Below, one piece after another: positions 40,201 to 53,372 of a stretch of DNA of 64,000 nucleotides (position 1 is its first letter; each line of letters opens with the position of its first letter). The notes under the pieces are model-generated. The model was given only the letters and a program-made list of their open reading frames with translations, was not told the origin of the DNA and ran no database searches. A program made the position numbers and the translations under genes. The DNA lies in contig CP075495.1 of NCBI GenBank assembly GCA_021613535.1, forward strand, positions 11,222,001 through 11,286,000, given 5' to 3'. The DNA is from Adineta vaga (taxonomy: Eukaryota; Animalia; Rotifera).

Positions 40201-43200
40201 CAGTTACAATAACACCAACAACTGTATGTGTCAAACCATTTAAATTAGTTAAAACAAATCGCACTATACGTGAAGCAAAATTTGGTGGTACTTTTAATTT
40301 TTGTTTAGGTTCGTAATTCATATCAATAAGACATTTTTTTCGCTTACAATTTTATTTTCAATACTTTAGTTGAAATACGAGAAGAAACTGGTGAAGCCTT
40401 ACATGCCACTCATTTTGGTATTCTTCGTCCAAAATTTGAAAACTATCTCGAATATGGTTTTAAATTAACCAACGATCGTATATATCGACATTTACATCAT
40501 TCACAATCACAATTGAAAGAAAAACAATATTGGTTCTATTGGCATGATGAAAAGAATAAAACAAATTTATCATTTGAAGAAGCATATGCTTGGATGGGTG
40601 ATTTTCGTAATGAATTTGTTGTTGCTAAACATTCAGCACGTATTGCACAATGTTTTACAAGTTCAGATGCGACAATACGTGTATGTAGATTTTGTTTTAC
40701 ACATAAAGAGATTGTGATTTTCTTTTATTATGATACAATAGGTTCCAATTGAAAAAACAGAAATTATTGATGATATTGAACGAAATGGTTACATATTTAC
40801 TGATGGTGTTGGAACATTTTCATCACGATTACGAGATGAAATTTGTTATATTATGGGTTTTCGACGTAAATTTAGTGTCATGCAAATTCGATATGGTGGT
40901 TGTAAAGGAACTGTATCAGTTAATCCTGATTTAGATTATACTGAAAAACAATTGATTTTACGTAAATCTATGCATAAATTCATTTCAAAACATGATGTTT
41001 TGGAATTATGTAAAATATCTGCACCACGTATGTATTTCTTCAGTTCATACAAGCATTAGAAATATTTGCATATTAGATCGAAAATGAGACCGTATTGATT
41101 AGTTCAACTGATATGAATAAGAAAATGAAACTTGATTTTTATTTATATTCATTAATTATATTATATATTCTATTTTTAGGCTCTTTACATCTCAATCGTC
41201 AAGCAATAGCATTACTTGAATCTCGTCTATTGCCACATTCTACATTTCTTCTTTTTCAAAATCAACATTTATTATGGCTTGTCGAATCATTACTTTATTT
41301 ACCATCGACGTATGAATTACTCAACGAACGTCTTTCACAACATTTACCATTGAGAGATTTGATAACGACAGCTCATGTTGATCTTATTCATGAACCATTT
41401 TTTCGTCAATTAATTACAACTGTTTGTAAATTAGAAATCAAACGGATTCAAGTAAATTTATTGATCTAAAAATATGTTCTGCTTGTTTAACAATACTCAT
41501 CTTTCTGTAGGATAAAACACGTATACAAATTTCGAAAAATTCAGGTCGTAATATGTTTGGTATTGTTGATGAAACAGGTATCCTTCGATATGGTCAAGTT
41601 TTCGTTCAATATACCGAATTAGAAACGGAACAATTAGAAGATACGAAACGACGATATGGTGGTCGTGGTGGTAATCGTGAAGAAATAAAACGAGTCGTTG
41701 TTGGTAAAATAGTTGTAACAAAAAATCCATGTCATCATCCTGGTGATTTACGAACGTTCGAAGCAGTTGATATACCAAAATTACGACATTTAGTCGACTG
41801 TATAGTTTTTCCACAGCAAGGTCATCGACCACATCCAAATGAAATATCAGGATCTGATTTAGATGGTAAATAGTTCTTTTTTTTCGTTTTGATTCGAATC
41901 GAAACATATGATATCTATATATATATATTTTAGGTGATGAATATGCTGTTTATTGGCATCCTGATTTAATACCAACAACAGAAAATTTTGCACCGTACGA
42001 ATATGATTCTCAAGAAAAGCCAAAGAAACTTGATCGACCAGTAACACGTGATGATATTCGTCATATTGTTCTTGATATATCTGAACAAGATGCTCTTGGT
42101 CGTTTATCAAATCTTCATTTAGCTTTCACAGATATGTTTAGTATTCGACATAAAGATGCAATCGCAATTGCCGCAGCGATTGCTGAAGAAGTTGATGCTG
42201 GTAAAACTGGTAAACATCCCTTAACAGAAGAACAAATAACTGAATATGCTCGTAAATTGAATAATGCTCGTGCAGATTTTTTCAATCGACCACAACAATT
42301 TGATCTTTATGCATCATCAAATGCTATTGGTAAGTTAAATCTATTTTTAATATCATTTAATTGTACTCGTTCTTCTTTTAGGTATTCTATTTCGTGCAAT
42401 ACGTCGTTCAGAACCTGGTTGGCTTAAAATCAATCGTTGTCTACATACAAAAACAACAATTGGACTTATTCAATCATCTCATATTAGTGCACATGTTGAA
42501 ATAGATCCATTTCTTATTCATCCATTAGCACATTTATATCGTGATGATGCTGAACATCTATTTAAACTTTATCGTGATCAAATCAGTGATATTATGTATG
42601 TATATCATTTTCATTCGGAAATTGATTTAATCTGTCGATTTGATTCGCAACAACAAAACATGTCCAAACAATATGATATTGCTGATTCTGCTCAACTTGA
42701 ATTAGGTCAATTAATAAATCGCATTCAAGGTTTATTTAATGATAGTCAACTAAATACGTATCATTCATTTAAATGCTTATGTGAAGAATGTGATACTCAT
42801 CGAATGGCACGAGCATCGGCCTGTTATATTATAACCTATGAACAACCCTATACAAAAAAGATTCTCTCATTTCCCTGGTTATTTTCTTCCTGGTTAGTTA
42901 AATTACGACGAATAAATTTAGAAAAACAAAATCTTGTAAAACCACCATCAAATTATACACTTGTTGGTCAAGCATTTCTTCATTCATTAGGCTTATTAAT
43001 TGAACATCAATCACTTCGTTTTCTTGTAAATTTTAATTTTGATTCGAACAAAAATACATGTTTACTTCAATTACATTATGATGTACGAACAAAAATTTCA
43101 ATTAATATTCGTGTACATTTAATGGAATGGGCTATATTAGAAATAGTAACAGGATGGTTAGATCGACAAGATATATTTTCAATTAAAAAATATGCATCAA

Positions 43201-43673
43201 AAACAGCGACAAGACCAACTATACTTATTCGTACATGGAAACATATTCTTGCACAATTTTTATTTACGAAATATCAACCAAAAAAGTGTTCAGGTCTTTT
43301 ACTAGTACAAAATAGATTTTTATTAAAACAACAAGTAACAGTTACACATGAGAGTGGCACTACAGGTTAGATTTTCTTATTCGTTTTTTCTCTAATTAAA
43401 TCTGAATACAAATTTTCAGTTTCACTAACATTGCCACAATTTGCATCCGCACCGTCTCTATCAGAAATTCCATCGATATCAGACTGGTGGTCGGATGAAA
43501 TGGCTTGTAAATTTTATAAACGATTGTTAAATTTAACTGCACAATGTTCACGCACACATGCATTGAGCGCATCTTCAGAACGCATGGACATGGCTCATCT
43601 CAATGAATATTTAACGCTTGGTTTACTTTCGATTGCTGCTGAAAATGAATTTGGCAATGTTACATGGCAGTGA
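37280..43673 (+). CDS. Cellular (RNAi-type) RNA-dependent RNA polymerase with long N- and C-terminal extensions
   Basis: KHSARIAQCFTS, YIFTDGVG, QIRYGGCKG, LRKSMHKF, MFGIVDETGILRYGQVF, VTKNPCHHPGD, HLVDCIVFPQQGHRPHPNEISGSDLDG|DEY (the catalytic DLDGD is intact across an intron). Confidence 0.96.
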
Positions 43674-44038
43674 ACTTCTTTTTTTTACATACGAATTTAT
43701 CGTCAGATTTATTTCTATTCGGTTTGATTGATACGGTGCAAGATTCTTTTTTTTTGTTTGTGTATGTGTATTGTATCTCTTCCTTGTTTACGTGATATGT
43801 TTGCTTTGCTAATTAAAAGTGTTATTTTTGATCAGATTGTTAATAAAGTTTTGAAACAGACGATGCTCTATGAATAAAAAAATATTTTGATTTTTGTTCA
43901 CATCTTTGTATTAGATTTGAATTAATTGGGTGAATTTGATAATTCATTTTCTTTTCCTTCCGTAGAAAATGAGAAAATACTAATTGGATTGAACAAGCAA
44001 AAACAAATGTCGACTGACAAAATGGATGAATCACTAAC

Positions 44039-44214
44039 TGATGAAGTTGGGATTTGGTGTTTGATGATGCCGAAAGGAAAAGTATCGAAAATTACGATTG
44101 TCGGATAGATAATACAAGGTAAGGAATATATTGAAAGGCAAATATCGAACACATCAAAGGCCTCGGTAGACAGGCAGGCTTCATGGTCTGCTTGGGGTCC
44201 TGCTATGAAACTGA
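44039..44214 (+). ncRNA. Candidate structured non-coding RNA, family unassigned
   Basis: GC-elevated intergenic island with nested stems containing G-U pairs on the + strand, bounded by TGATGA (44039) and CTGA (44211). Confidence 0.4.
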
Positions 44215-44489
44215 TATAGTTATATGAATTAGACAAGAAATGACCGAAGTTTATCGTACAACGCCATCTATTATAAAAATTTGTTTAGAAAGTTTTCATT
44301 GGATTAAACTAATATCCTAATGTACATTTACTAGCTAAAAAAATCACTACAACAAGATGCAAGTGCAAGATCTATCTATTCCATCTCAGTAAAGTCATCC
44401 AGATAGAACAGAATCCTGTTTGATTGTTTATCGATGGACCATCGAATGTATTCTGATCTGAAGAAACAATCGATTTCATTTCCTTTTAG

Positions 44490-45341
44490 ATGGCTTCTAT
44501 TATCACTCGTTCTTCACGAATACTTTTAACACCGTTGATAAACTATTCAACTAAAGCTTTACCAATTAAGTCTATTCGTTATACTTCTCGGAATCATCAA
44601 CCAATGATGTTAATGGATCTTCCTCGTGTCGTTTATCCAAATTTATTTTTTACAATAAAAAACTTCTTTTCTCGCATGCTCATTAATGGATATTTTGATC
44701 AAACATTTGCTATAAAATCATTTTCAGAAGGTGCTCGACAAGCCTTAACTGTTGTGTCACAGTTGATTGGTAATGGTCAATTCGAGGATCTCGAGGGTTT
44801 TGCCACACGTGAGGTAGAGGGAAAAAAAACACTTCTTTATATCTAAATAATAAACAAATCTTCTAATGAATACAACAAACTAGGTTATCAATGAAGTTAA
44901 ACAGAATTATCAAAAATTATCATCGGAACAAAAGCTAAAGATTGGTGTAGATGAATCTGAAATTGTTTTTACTTACCCATATCTAATTGGAATTATAATG
45001 GACGATAAAACAAGTAATGAAAATAAAACGATCGATAAATATTCTTTTAATTTTTGTTTTTGGAAATCTTTTATTTAGATTCACGTTTAGTGGAAATAAC
45101 TATGATTTTTCATATACTCAAAGATCGAGATTCATATCGAGATGAAATGATGAATGCGCCAGGTGGTGCTGCTGCCAATTGGGCATCGGCAGTGAAGAAA
45201 ATGCGCGATAATATTATTGTTTGTAATTATAAATTTCTACGTGATATGAGTAAAAATTCTAATGATGATAGTTGGATTATAAGTGGAGTTAATCATTGGT
45301 TACCAAGTGAATACGAAGATCAACAAAAATCATCTCCATAA
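44490..45341 (+). CDS. MAIP1: m-AAA protease-interacting protein 1 (MAIP1)-like, Tim44-like mitochondrial protein
   Basis: Basic mitochondrial-type presequence; YFDQTFAIKSFSEGARQALTVVSQLIGNGQFEDL and CNYKFLRDM..WIISGVNH; three exons. Confidence 0.75.
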
Positions 45342-45618
45342 CAATGATTATTGTTATTTATTTTGTTTTTCTTGTATTATAAAAGTTATCTTCGTATTGA
45401 TATAGTATGATTAGAAATTTTATTTTGTTCAGTAAGATATTAACAAAACTGAAATAAAGAAAGAGAACTTATGAAAACAATTATTGACATTCTCTGCTTT
45501 CAGATTGTTTATATAATTGAACTAAATTTTATAGTTTATCAATGATTTTATTTCAATAGATTTACAAGACTTATTGTCTTTAAATTAAATTTATGGTAAT
45601 CATCTCAGATACTATGTA

Positions 45619-47379
45619 ATGTTATTCAATGATTTACCTTCCGAATTAATACTTGAAATATTTTCTTATCTTCATCCAACTGATCTTTGTTTATCATTTT
45701 TACCTTTATTCAATGATCGTCTATCAAATTTAATATCTCATGTTGATTTATCTGTTGATTTAACTTATATATCAGTTTCTCGGTTTTTACTTCTTTTAAC
45801 ATATTGTCCACCAGAACAAATCGTTTTTCTTCGTCTAACAAATCAATATTCTCATGGTTTATTAGTATTTGAATTGTTTGCATCCGAACATTTTCATCCC
45901 GAACGATTTCTTCGACTTCGTTCATTACATTTAGATGATATTATTGGAAATGAAATCAGTTGCTTACCACCATGTCTTGAAAAATTATTTGTTAAATTTC
46001 ACAAAAAAGCAGAATATGCTGCAAAATTCTATCAACTTGCACTACAATCAACAACATTACGACAATGTTATCTCATTGGTGGTTATGCTTTTGATAGTAA
46101 AACATGTTTTCCTATATCATCGATAACTATTGAACGACTTCATATGGCTATTAAAAGTTTTCCACATGATTTATTAGTCTTACTTCAAGCTTTGCCACGT
46201 TTAATGAAACTTAAAAGTAAGAATAATGAAATTATCTATGAAATAGTCATGTTCATTTTTAGCTCGTATCTATACTCAATCTACGGGAAGTCAGATTTCG
46301 TCTGTCATATCATCCTCATTGATACATCTGAATATGGACTTACAAGGTACAGGTATTAATTTGCGTATGCTCGATTCTCAATTACTTTCTCAATTACCTC
46401 ACTTACAATCATTAATTTATCAATCTTATGGAAAATCTATGGAAGATATGAATGATTTATTAAAATTATCTACAAGACTTAAACGTATTCAATTCATTCA
46501 GAAAGGTTTATCAATGAATACTGATATCAAAGAATATGATTTTAATGATGATCTTGTTCTTGCTGTTCAAGAAATAACTAATCATCGAAATTCACGTCGA
46601 ACATTAACATTACATACTATTCCATATCCTGATAAAGTACTTTATTTACCATTTGTCCATTGGAATACAATTCATCCATCGATTGATAATGGTAGATATA
46701 TGTGTGGTTACATGAAAATGAACATCTTTATTTGAAAAAAAAACGTATTCATTATTTTAATCATGTCTTTAATTGTTTAGGAATATATGATCGTGTTGAA
46801 CGTGTTCGAATTAATCTCTCCGAATCATCTACTGCTTGTAATTTTCCTATGTGTCGTCACGTTAAACATTTAACATTAATGTCTACTAGTGAAAGTCAGA
46901 ATGGTGTAATATCAACAGACGTCATTTCATCTTTGATTTCGCCATCATCAATTCATCATTTAATAATCAATACTCCGACATTATTAATTGATTTAAATCA
47001 ATTATTTCCTTTGACATCTTTACATTCACTTGATATAATGTGGTCTCAACTTCGTCATTATTCTTTTTTATCAAATATTAAATTACTTTCATTGATAAGT
47101 GAATGTGTATCATGGAGAGAAATTCAATACTTAATTAATCATTTAATACCTCGATTAGAACATCTACAAATGAATGTTACAACCAGTGATGAATGTCGAG
47201 AAATTCTGAATTTCTTATTATCACCTTATTATGCAAATAAATTAATATCAATTAAAATTTGTATTTGTCAAACATTGTCAGATCAAATTAAACAAGATCT
47301 TGAACCAATATTTCTATCGTCTCAATGGATTCAAGTAAAATGGAAGATAGATAGTTGGTATTTATATATTTGGAAATAA
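45619..47379 (+). CDS. F-box protein with degenerate LRR-like repeats
   Basis: FNDLPSELILEIFSYL F-box; LRSLHLD, LEKLFV, LEHLQMN repeats; three exons. Confidence 0.85.
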
Positions 47380-47611
47380 TATTCATAATCTTGTTTATGT
47401 GTTTTCTTTTTTGTTTGTTATTATTATTATTATACAATTGATATTTTCTGTAATAAAATCTGAAGAATTTACATACAATCGATATCGTTAGCTTTCAAGT
47501 TAAACAAAGTAGTATTAGTTTGGTGTATTTTATAATGATTATTTCGAATACTGATGTTTAGTGAAGAATAAATGGCAAGAATAAAGAAATTCTTCTACCA
47601 TATTCGTTCTC

Positions 47612-48141
47612 CCACTAAAACTATTTGCTGTTATACTTTTTTTTTGAGTTCAGAATTATGATGTTAATAATCTAATAATAGAGGAATATGTTTTTCTTGA
47701 TATTTTTACATGATTTGATAAAGTTCGATAAAATTTTATATGTGAAAATATTTTTAGACTACATTTTGTCATAGAAATATCAGAAAAGCACATGAAAAAT
47801 CTTGAAAGTTCTTCAAAAAACATCAGTATTTTTAATGAAACTAGTCTCTTTTTTTTTATTGCCTCAGACGTTCTAAAGTATGCTCATTTGATCTGATGGA
47901 TAAGGTTCTATGAAGTGTATCCATTTCAACAACGTCTGAGGCAATGAAAATGATAAAATTGAGGAATCTTTTGACCTTTTTCTATCATAAAAGGTGGTCT
48001 AAAAATGTTTTCACATATAAGATCTTATCGAGCTTCATTAAATCATATAGAAGTATTTAGAAAACACAGCTTTTTTATTGTTGGATTACTAACACTATTG
48101 ATTGTCTACTCGACAAATTACAATAGTAAAAAGTTTTCGTG
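47612..48141. mobile_element. Old, decayed palindromic MITE/foldback element
   Basis: Imperfect inverted arms, for example catgatttgataaagttcgataaaattttatatgtgaaaatatttttagactac against gtggtctaaaaatgttttcacatataagatcttatcgagcttcattaaatcata, plus a perfect inner pair attgcctcagacgtt / aacgtctgaggcaat. Ends are approximate. Confidence 0.75.
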
Positions 48142-48393
48142 TATCGCACTATTCTTATCATAAGAAAATCATGTTCGACCGGTGTTTATTGCGTATATAA
48201 TTCGGTGCATATCCTATTCAGAATTTCTGTGTTATTCCCTCAAGTAAAATGTAGATTCGCATTATCACTTACACCCACTCTTGCTTTTGGTGAAAGTGAT
48301 ATTCTCAAAAAACGCAACCACACAATAGGTTAATTACATTCTTTTTTTTATGATTATATTTATTAAGAAATATAATTATGATTTTCTTTTCTG

Positions 48394-51300
48394 CTAATTA
48401 TAATATAATTGTCGTACATTATCTCGTTTTAATAATCGGTGAAATGTTCGCCGAAAATGCTTATTTGATAATACATATAAAAATGGATTCATTGTTGAAT
48501 TAACATAACCAAGCCAAATTGTTGCTGTAAGTACTCGTTCTGATACACATGAGCCACAAAATGCAACAACCATATATAAAATAAAATATGGTAAAAAACA
48601 ACAAGTAAAACCAAAGACAATTGCAAATAATTGTCGAAAGGCTTTCTCTTGTTGATTCCAAACAGTTGCTTGTTTGACTCTATTTTCTATTTGATGTACT
48701 TGATTTTGAGCATTTGAACGTTGTTCTGAACTAGTTGGAGTGATAGTTTTAGTTGTAGCGTAGTGTGATGTCGTTGATTGTGTTCGTTTACGATTATTAA
48801 CGGAAGGAACAGCAACAGCCGATGATGAAGAAGATGATGATGAAATCTTTCGTACTTGTTTATATGAATCTATACGTGAGATTGAGTTATCAATAGTAGT
48901 ATTATCATTAACGAAATGATTGGAATGTATCGTGATTGCTGATGTTGCTGTTGTACAACAATGACATAGATTGAAAATATTCATTGTTGTTGTTGTTGTT
49001 GCTGCTGCTGCTGCTGTCTGCAGTGGTTTTGATGATACATTCATTGAGTCGAGAACGGAACAACGACGACATGATGCTGGTGTATGATGAAATGTTGTTT
49101 GATAACGTTGATGTTTATAAAGTAATGATGGATTCGATAAATTACGCTTCATTTTTTGTTTATGTGAGTTCGATTTATATGATTTATTATCGGTTCTAGA
49201 TTTCGAACGAAGTTTATCAACATGAAGATAATGAGTATCTGATGAATTATTTTTGAAATTTGATGCAATAATCGGTGATGTTTGTGAAAATGATGCACGA
49301 GAATGATCAAGACGACGAGAAAACCATGTTAATTCATCCTTGAAAGAAAAGAAAATAGATCTGCAGTCGATTTCGTGAATTTTCTTACTTGTGTACAATG
49401 ATTTTTATCCGCATAAGAATAAGTACGATTTAAGATTGATTTCTGTTGATCAGAAGATTGTGTTGACATTGGAGAACGATGTTTTCTTTCTTTGCGATTA
49501 ACACGTAAAACGGACTCATTGTTATTGATTAAAGATTTTGGTGTAGTTTTCAACAGAATTAAACTGTCATTTTCTGTACAATTGACTGTTGATGAACCCA
49601 TTTGTCGATCACTATCACATAATGTAATTGTTATTGGAGAACGTGAACGAATACTTGTTTGATTTAATTTGCGATTATATATACTATTATTATTTACTGT
49701 TGTAATCGATTCATTTAATTGATTTGCATGTCTTTGTAAAAGAACGCTTCTATAACGACGTTTAATTTCATAATAGATTCGACCATTTAATGATATCAAT
49801 ACGAGAAGTGGGAGATAAAAATTAATTATTGCTGTCGAAACTTTAAAAACTTTGGAATGTGTATATTCAGGTTCACATTTATCATCCTAAAAAAAAGCGA
49901 AGTAAAGAAAGAATATAATTTAATTTTCTCTTCAATTCATACTTCAATATCTTCTTGTGCTTGTTTATCATTAATAAAATGATGCCAACCAAATATGGGA
50001 ATAACCCATAGTAGAGATAAACCCCAAGCAAAACCAATTAATAATAAAGCTCGCGTTCGTGTTCGTTTACCAAGATATTGAAGTGGAGATGTTATTGACC
50101 AATAACGATCTAAACTTAATGTTAATAAATTGAATATCGATGCAGTTGAAGCAATAAAATCGACAGAAATCCAAATTTGACAAAGAGCAATACCTAAAAG
50201 TGCAAAATTATATAAAATAAAGAAAAAATAATGTAACTCATTTACGATCTATTAAACTTTTCTATTTTCAAATGAAATATCTATTCAATAGAAAAAATAT
50301 TATTGTCGCTTATAGTCTTTGTTTGTTTTTGGTTAGAAGGAATTTAGTGTAATATAAATAGATATAAAAAACAATGATTTTATTCATAAGTCACCTGTAA
50401 ACAAATACACAGAAAAGATCTTTTTTCTACTCTATAGTTTTCATATTCTATTTTATACGTTTCCTTAAGGATATTCCAGTTCAAAAGAATATCTTTCTAA
50501 CTGATTCTAAAGTCTTTTTAATTGAAGATATGACTAACTTAGACTTCTATCAATCTTTGCAATTTGTACTTTTCTTCAAAAAGAATTAAAAATTAATTTA
50601 ATTTCTTTCGTCTAATAAAGAATATATATGTAATTATTCTTTCTTACACATCTATTCTTAAATAATAGAAAATCTTACCCATATTCCATCTTTCCATAAT
50701 GGCATATATACCAGCTATTGGCATAACAAAACAACCAACTATAAGATCAGCTGTAGCAAGACTTAATATGAACAAATTGCCAACCTAAATATCGAATAAA
50801 ATTATTTTTTTTTCTTTTGAAAATAATCTTAAGTAAAATCAATATTTTGTATAAGCGTAATTGCATGATACTTTCATCATCATAAATTCTTTATTTACTT
50901 TGATCAAGCGATCATTATTTATATATGAATATCATCGTTTATGACTTTCTACTGAACATCAAACGAAGAAAACATCGAGAGGTCGTATTTTAAATAGGTC
51001 ATTTACATTGTCTTTTTCAAATCTATTACTATTTTACTGAAAAAACAATACTAAAGCTTTTGTGTAATAGATATGCACGTTAATTTGATTAACAAAATAG
51101 AAATCGATATGAAAGTAGTTTTCTAAGTAAAAACAAATGATAATGTCTTTTTTTATACTTACTGTTCGCATGCGACGAAAAGTACTAAGTACTATTAAAT
51201 TACCCGCGATTGTTAAGAAACAAAGAAATGCACAGATAAAACCAAAAATAATCGTATATGTTAGCGATGCCAATGTTGTATGAGTTACTAAATCATCTAA

Positions 51301-51459
51301 ACTATCATTTTGATTTCTATTAGATGTATTAATCAAATTAATCTCGATCATATTTTCAATCGTAAGTGATAGAACATCAGTAATATCAGCATCGAAAAAT
51401 GTTGTTTCTTGTTGTTGTTGTTGTTCATCAAAAGAGAGGATGTCGTCGATATCACTCAT
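48394..51459 (-). CDS. Class A aminergic GPCR, histamine H1 receptor-like (proximal isoform)
   Basis: TIAGNLIV (TM1), LSLATADL (TM2), CQIWISVDFIASTASIFNL..DRY (TM3 with the amine-binding Asp), FKVSTAIINFYLP, a very long ICL3, TIWLGYVNSTMNPFLY; five exons. Confidence 0.92.
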
Positions 51460-53372
51460 GTTTAAAGATAAGTCGAATAGTTCAATCTAAGTCATTTCAT
51501 TTTCTTGATTGTGTAGAAGATCTAGCAGACGAATGTCATAGTTCTCTTCGTGTTAACATCGTTCGAAGTATGACAAGAAGGAGAAGAAGAAGAAAGATAA
51601 AAATGAAAGAGAATAGAAGGAAAAAAGTTACAAGAAGAGAAAGAGAGAAGAATCCTATGTTAAGTTCATTGAACGAGAAAAAGATGCGTGTAAGAAAGTA
51701 AAGAGAAGAAGAGAAAGTATTGTCAATATAAGAATTTGTTGTCTATGAAGAGAAGATAATATCTATTATAATGTTTTATTGTTTTTTCTATCTTGTATAT
51801 CTATGTTTTAATTATTGTTCTCCGTTTATTACAATAAAAATTGGATAGGAAATTACATTTGTTTCTAATTCAATCAAAATTTCTACCTGTGACAAAATTC
51901 TAGAATCATTTTTTGAAATAACTAATAATACATCATTCAAGATGAAAATAAATTAACTATATGTATGATTTTTTAAGCAAAACAAAATCAAATTATCAGT
52001 TCTTTTCCTCGACTCGATTTACCAAGAACATGAATGAGAACAAGCTTATCGAGCAAAAAAACAAACAAAATATTGCCATTCACAATATTATTTCCTTTGC
52101 GTGCATCTTTTAATCAATTTTCTTTCTATATCATTCCGCATATACAATTGTATATTATTATAAAGTAGATGACTTTTCTCAAGATTTTCAGATAAAATTG
52201 TTTATATGAACTTTTTCTATGAACGTACTTTTATAGTTATATTTAATCGAATTATTCCTGCATAGTTACTTTTTATCGTTCTATTCTATCTGATATGACA
52301 AATAGTTCATCTTAATATTCATTTTGTCATCGCTTTGAAATGTTTAGTAGACTAGAAAGAAAACGGCATTAGTCATTATAAACAGACTATCTTTATCATT
52401 TCTTTGAAAGACTAATGATTTGTTATTACTAGTAAGATAAATGGGAAGGTATTCATTAATTATTCAGAAAAGATAATAAATCTAAAACTTTCCTCATATT
52501 CCTACAGTTTTTCAATGATTGAAAGAAGAAGAAGAGAAAGAAACATTATAATTAATCATATACGTCGTTTCTTTGAATATGTCTATGTTCTTTTTTTATT
52601 ATACTATTGTATACGTTGTTGAATACGTTTAAAAAGGATATATATAATAAGATTAACTTTTTACGAAGTCTTCTTTTCAAAAATCTAACATAGAATTCTT
52701 CAATTAAATAATCAAATTTGTGTTCGTTTCGATCTTTCAATAATTATTTAATAGTTTATAACATTTTACACTGAATCTGATTGACACAATTAGAAACTGA
52801 GCAAAGATATTTAGTTGCCTAGCTGATGATTTAATACCTTCTAATTTATCAGATTACAACGTTCTCAATGGTATTCTGCGTGTTTAATGTATGATATTTA
52901 CTCATTAGTAACTGATAATAAACTTCTCTTTCAAATAATGACACGATTATGAAAATTATCAGCACTTTAACACATAAGAATAATAATGTTAAAAACATAA
53001 ATTATTCTATCGTTTCATAAGAAATTTCAAGTCACACTTGTCAAAAGTAAAACCGCGCATTCACGATTTTTAAGTGCATTTTGTTTATTTTAGTAAAATT
53101 TGATTTTTTATTCAAACAAAGTATAAATACGAAAATATATTCCTTGAACTATTGGTTTTCTTTGTACTTGAAACGACATTTTTCTACTTTGATCTTGTTT
53201 TTTCTGAGAAAGTGCAAGTCAACTATCCTATCGCAAATGATGGAATGTATATTAATAATCAAAGGAAGTTACGATGACATTATATTTTCGCAGAAATATT
53301 TTCAATAAAGATTCAATGGTATATGATTCTAACTTCATTTTCTTTACATGTAAAAACTAGCAACTATATTAC

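Noticed and set aside
44030-44235. Canonical hammerhead ribozyme (CTGATGA ... GAAAC ... GTT)
   Set aside because: The core strands and a short stem III are present, but the sequence after the putative cleavage site does not pair with the bases before CTGATGA, so stem I is missing. Kept only as an unassigned RNA candidate.
43922-44236. 104-aa minus-strand ORF
   Set aside because: Non-ATG start, no recognisable motifs, and it overlaps the structured island; probably incidental.
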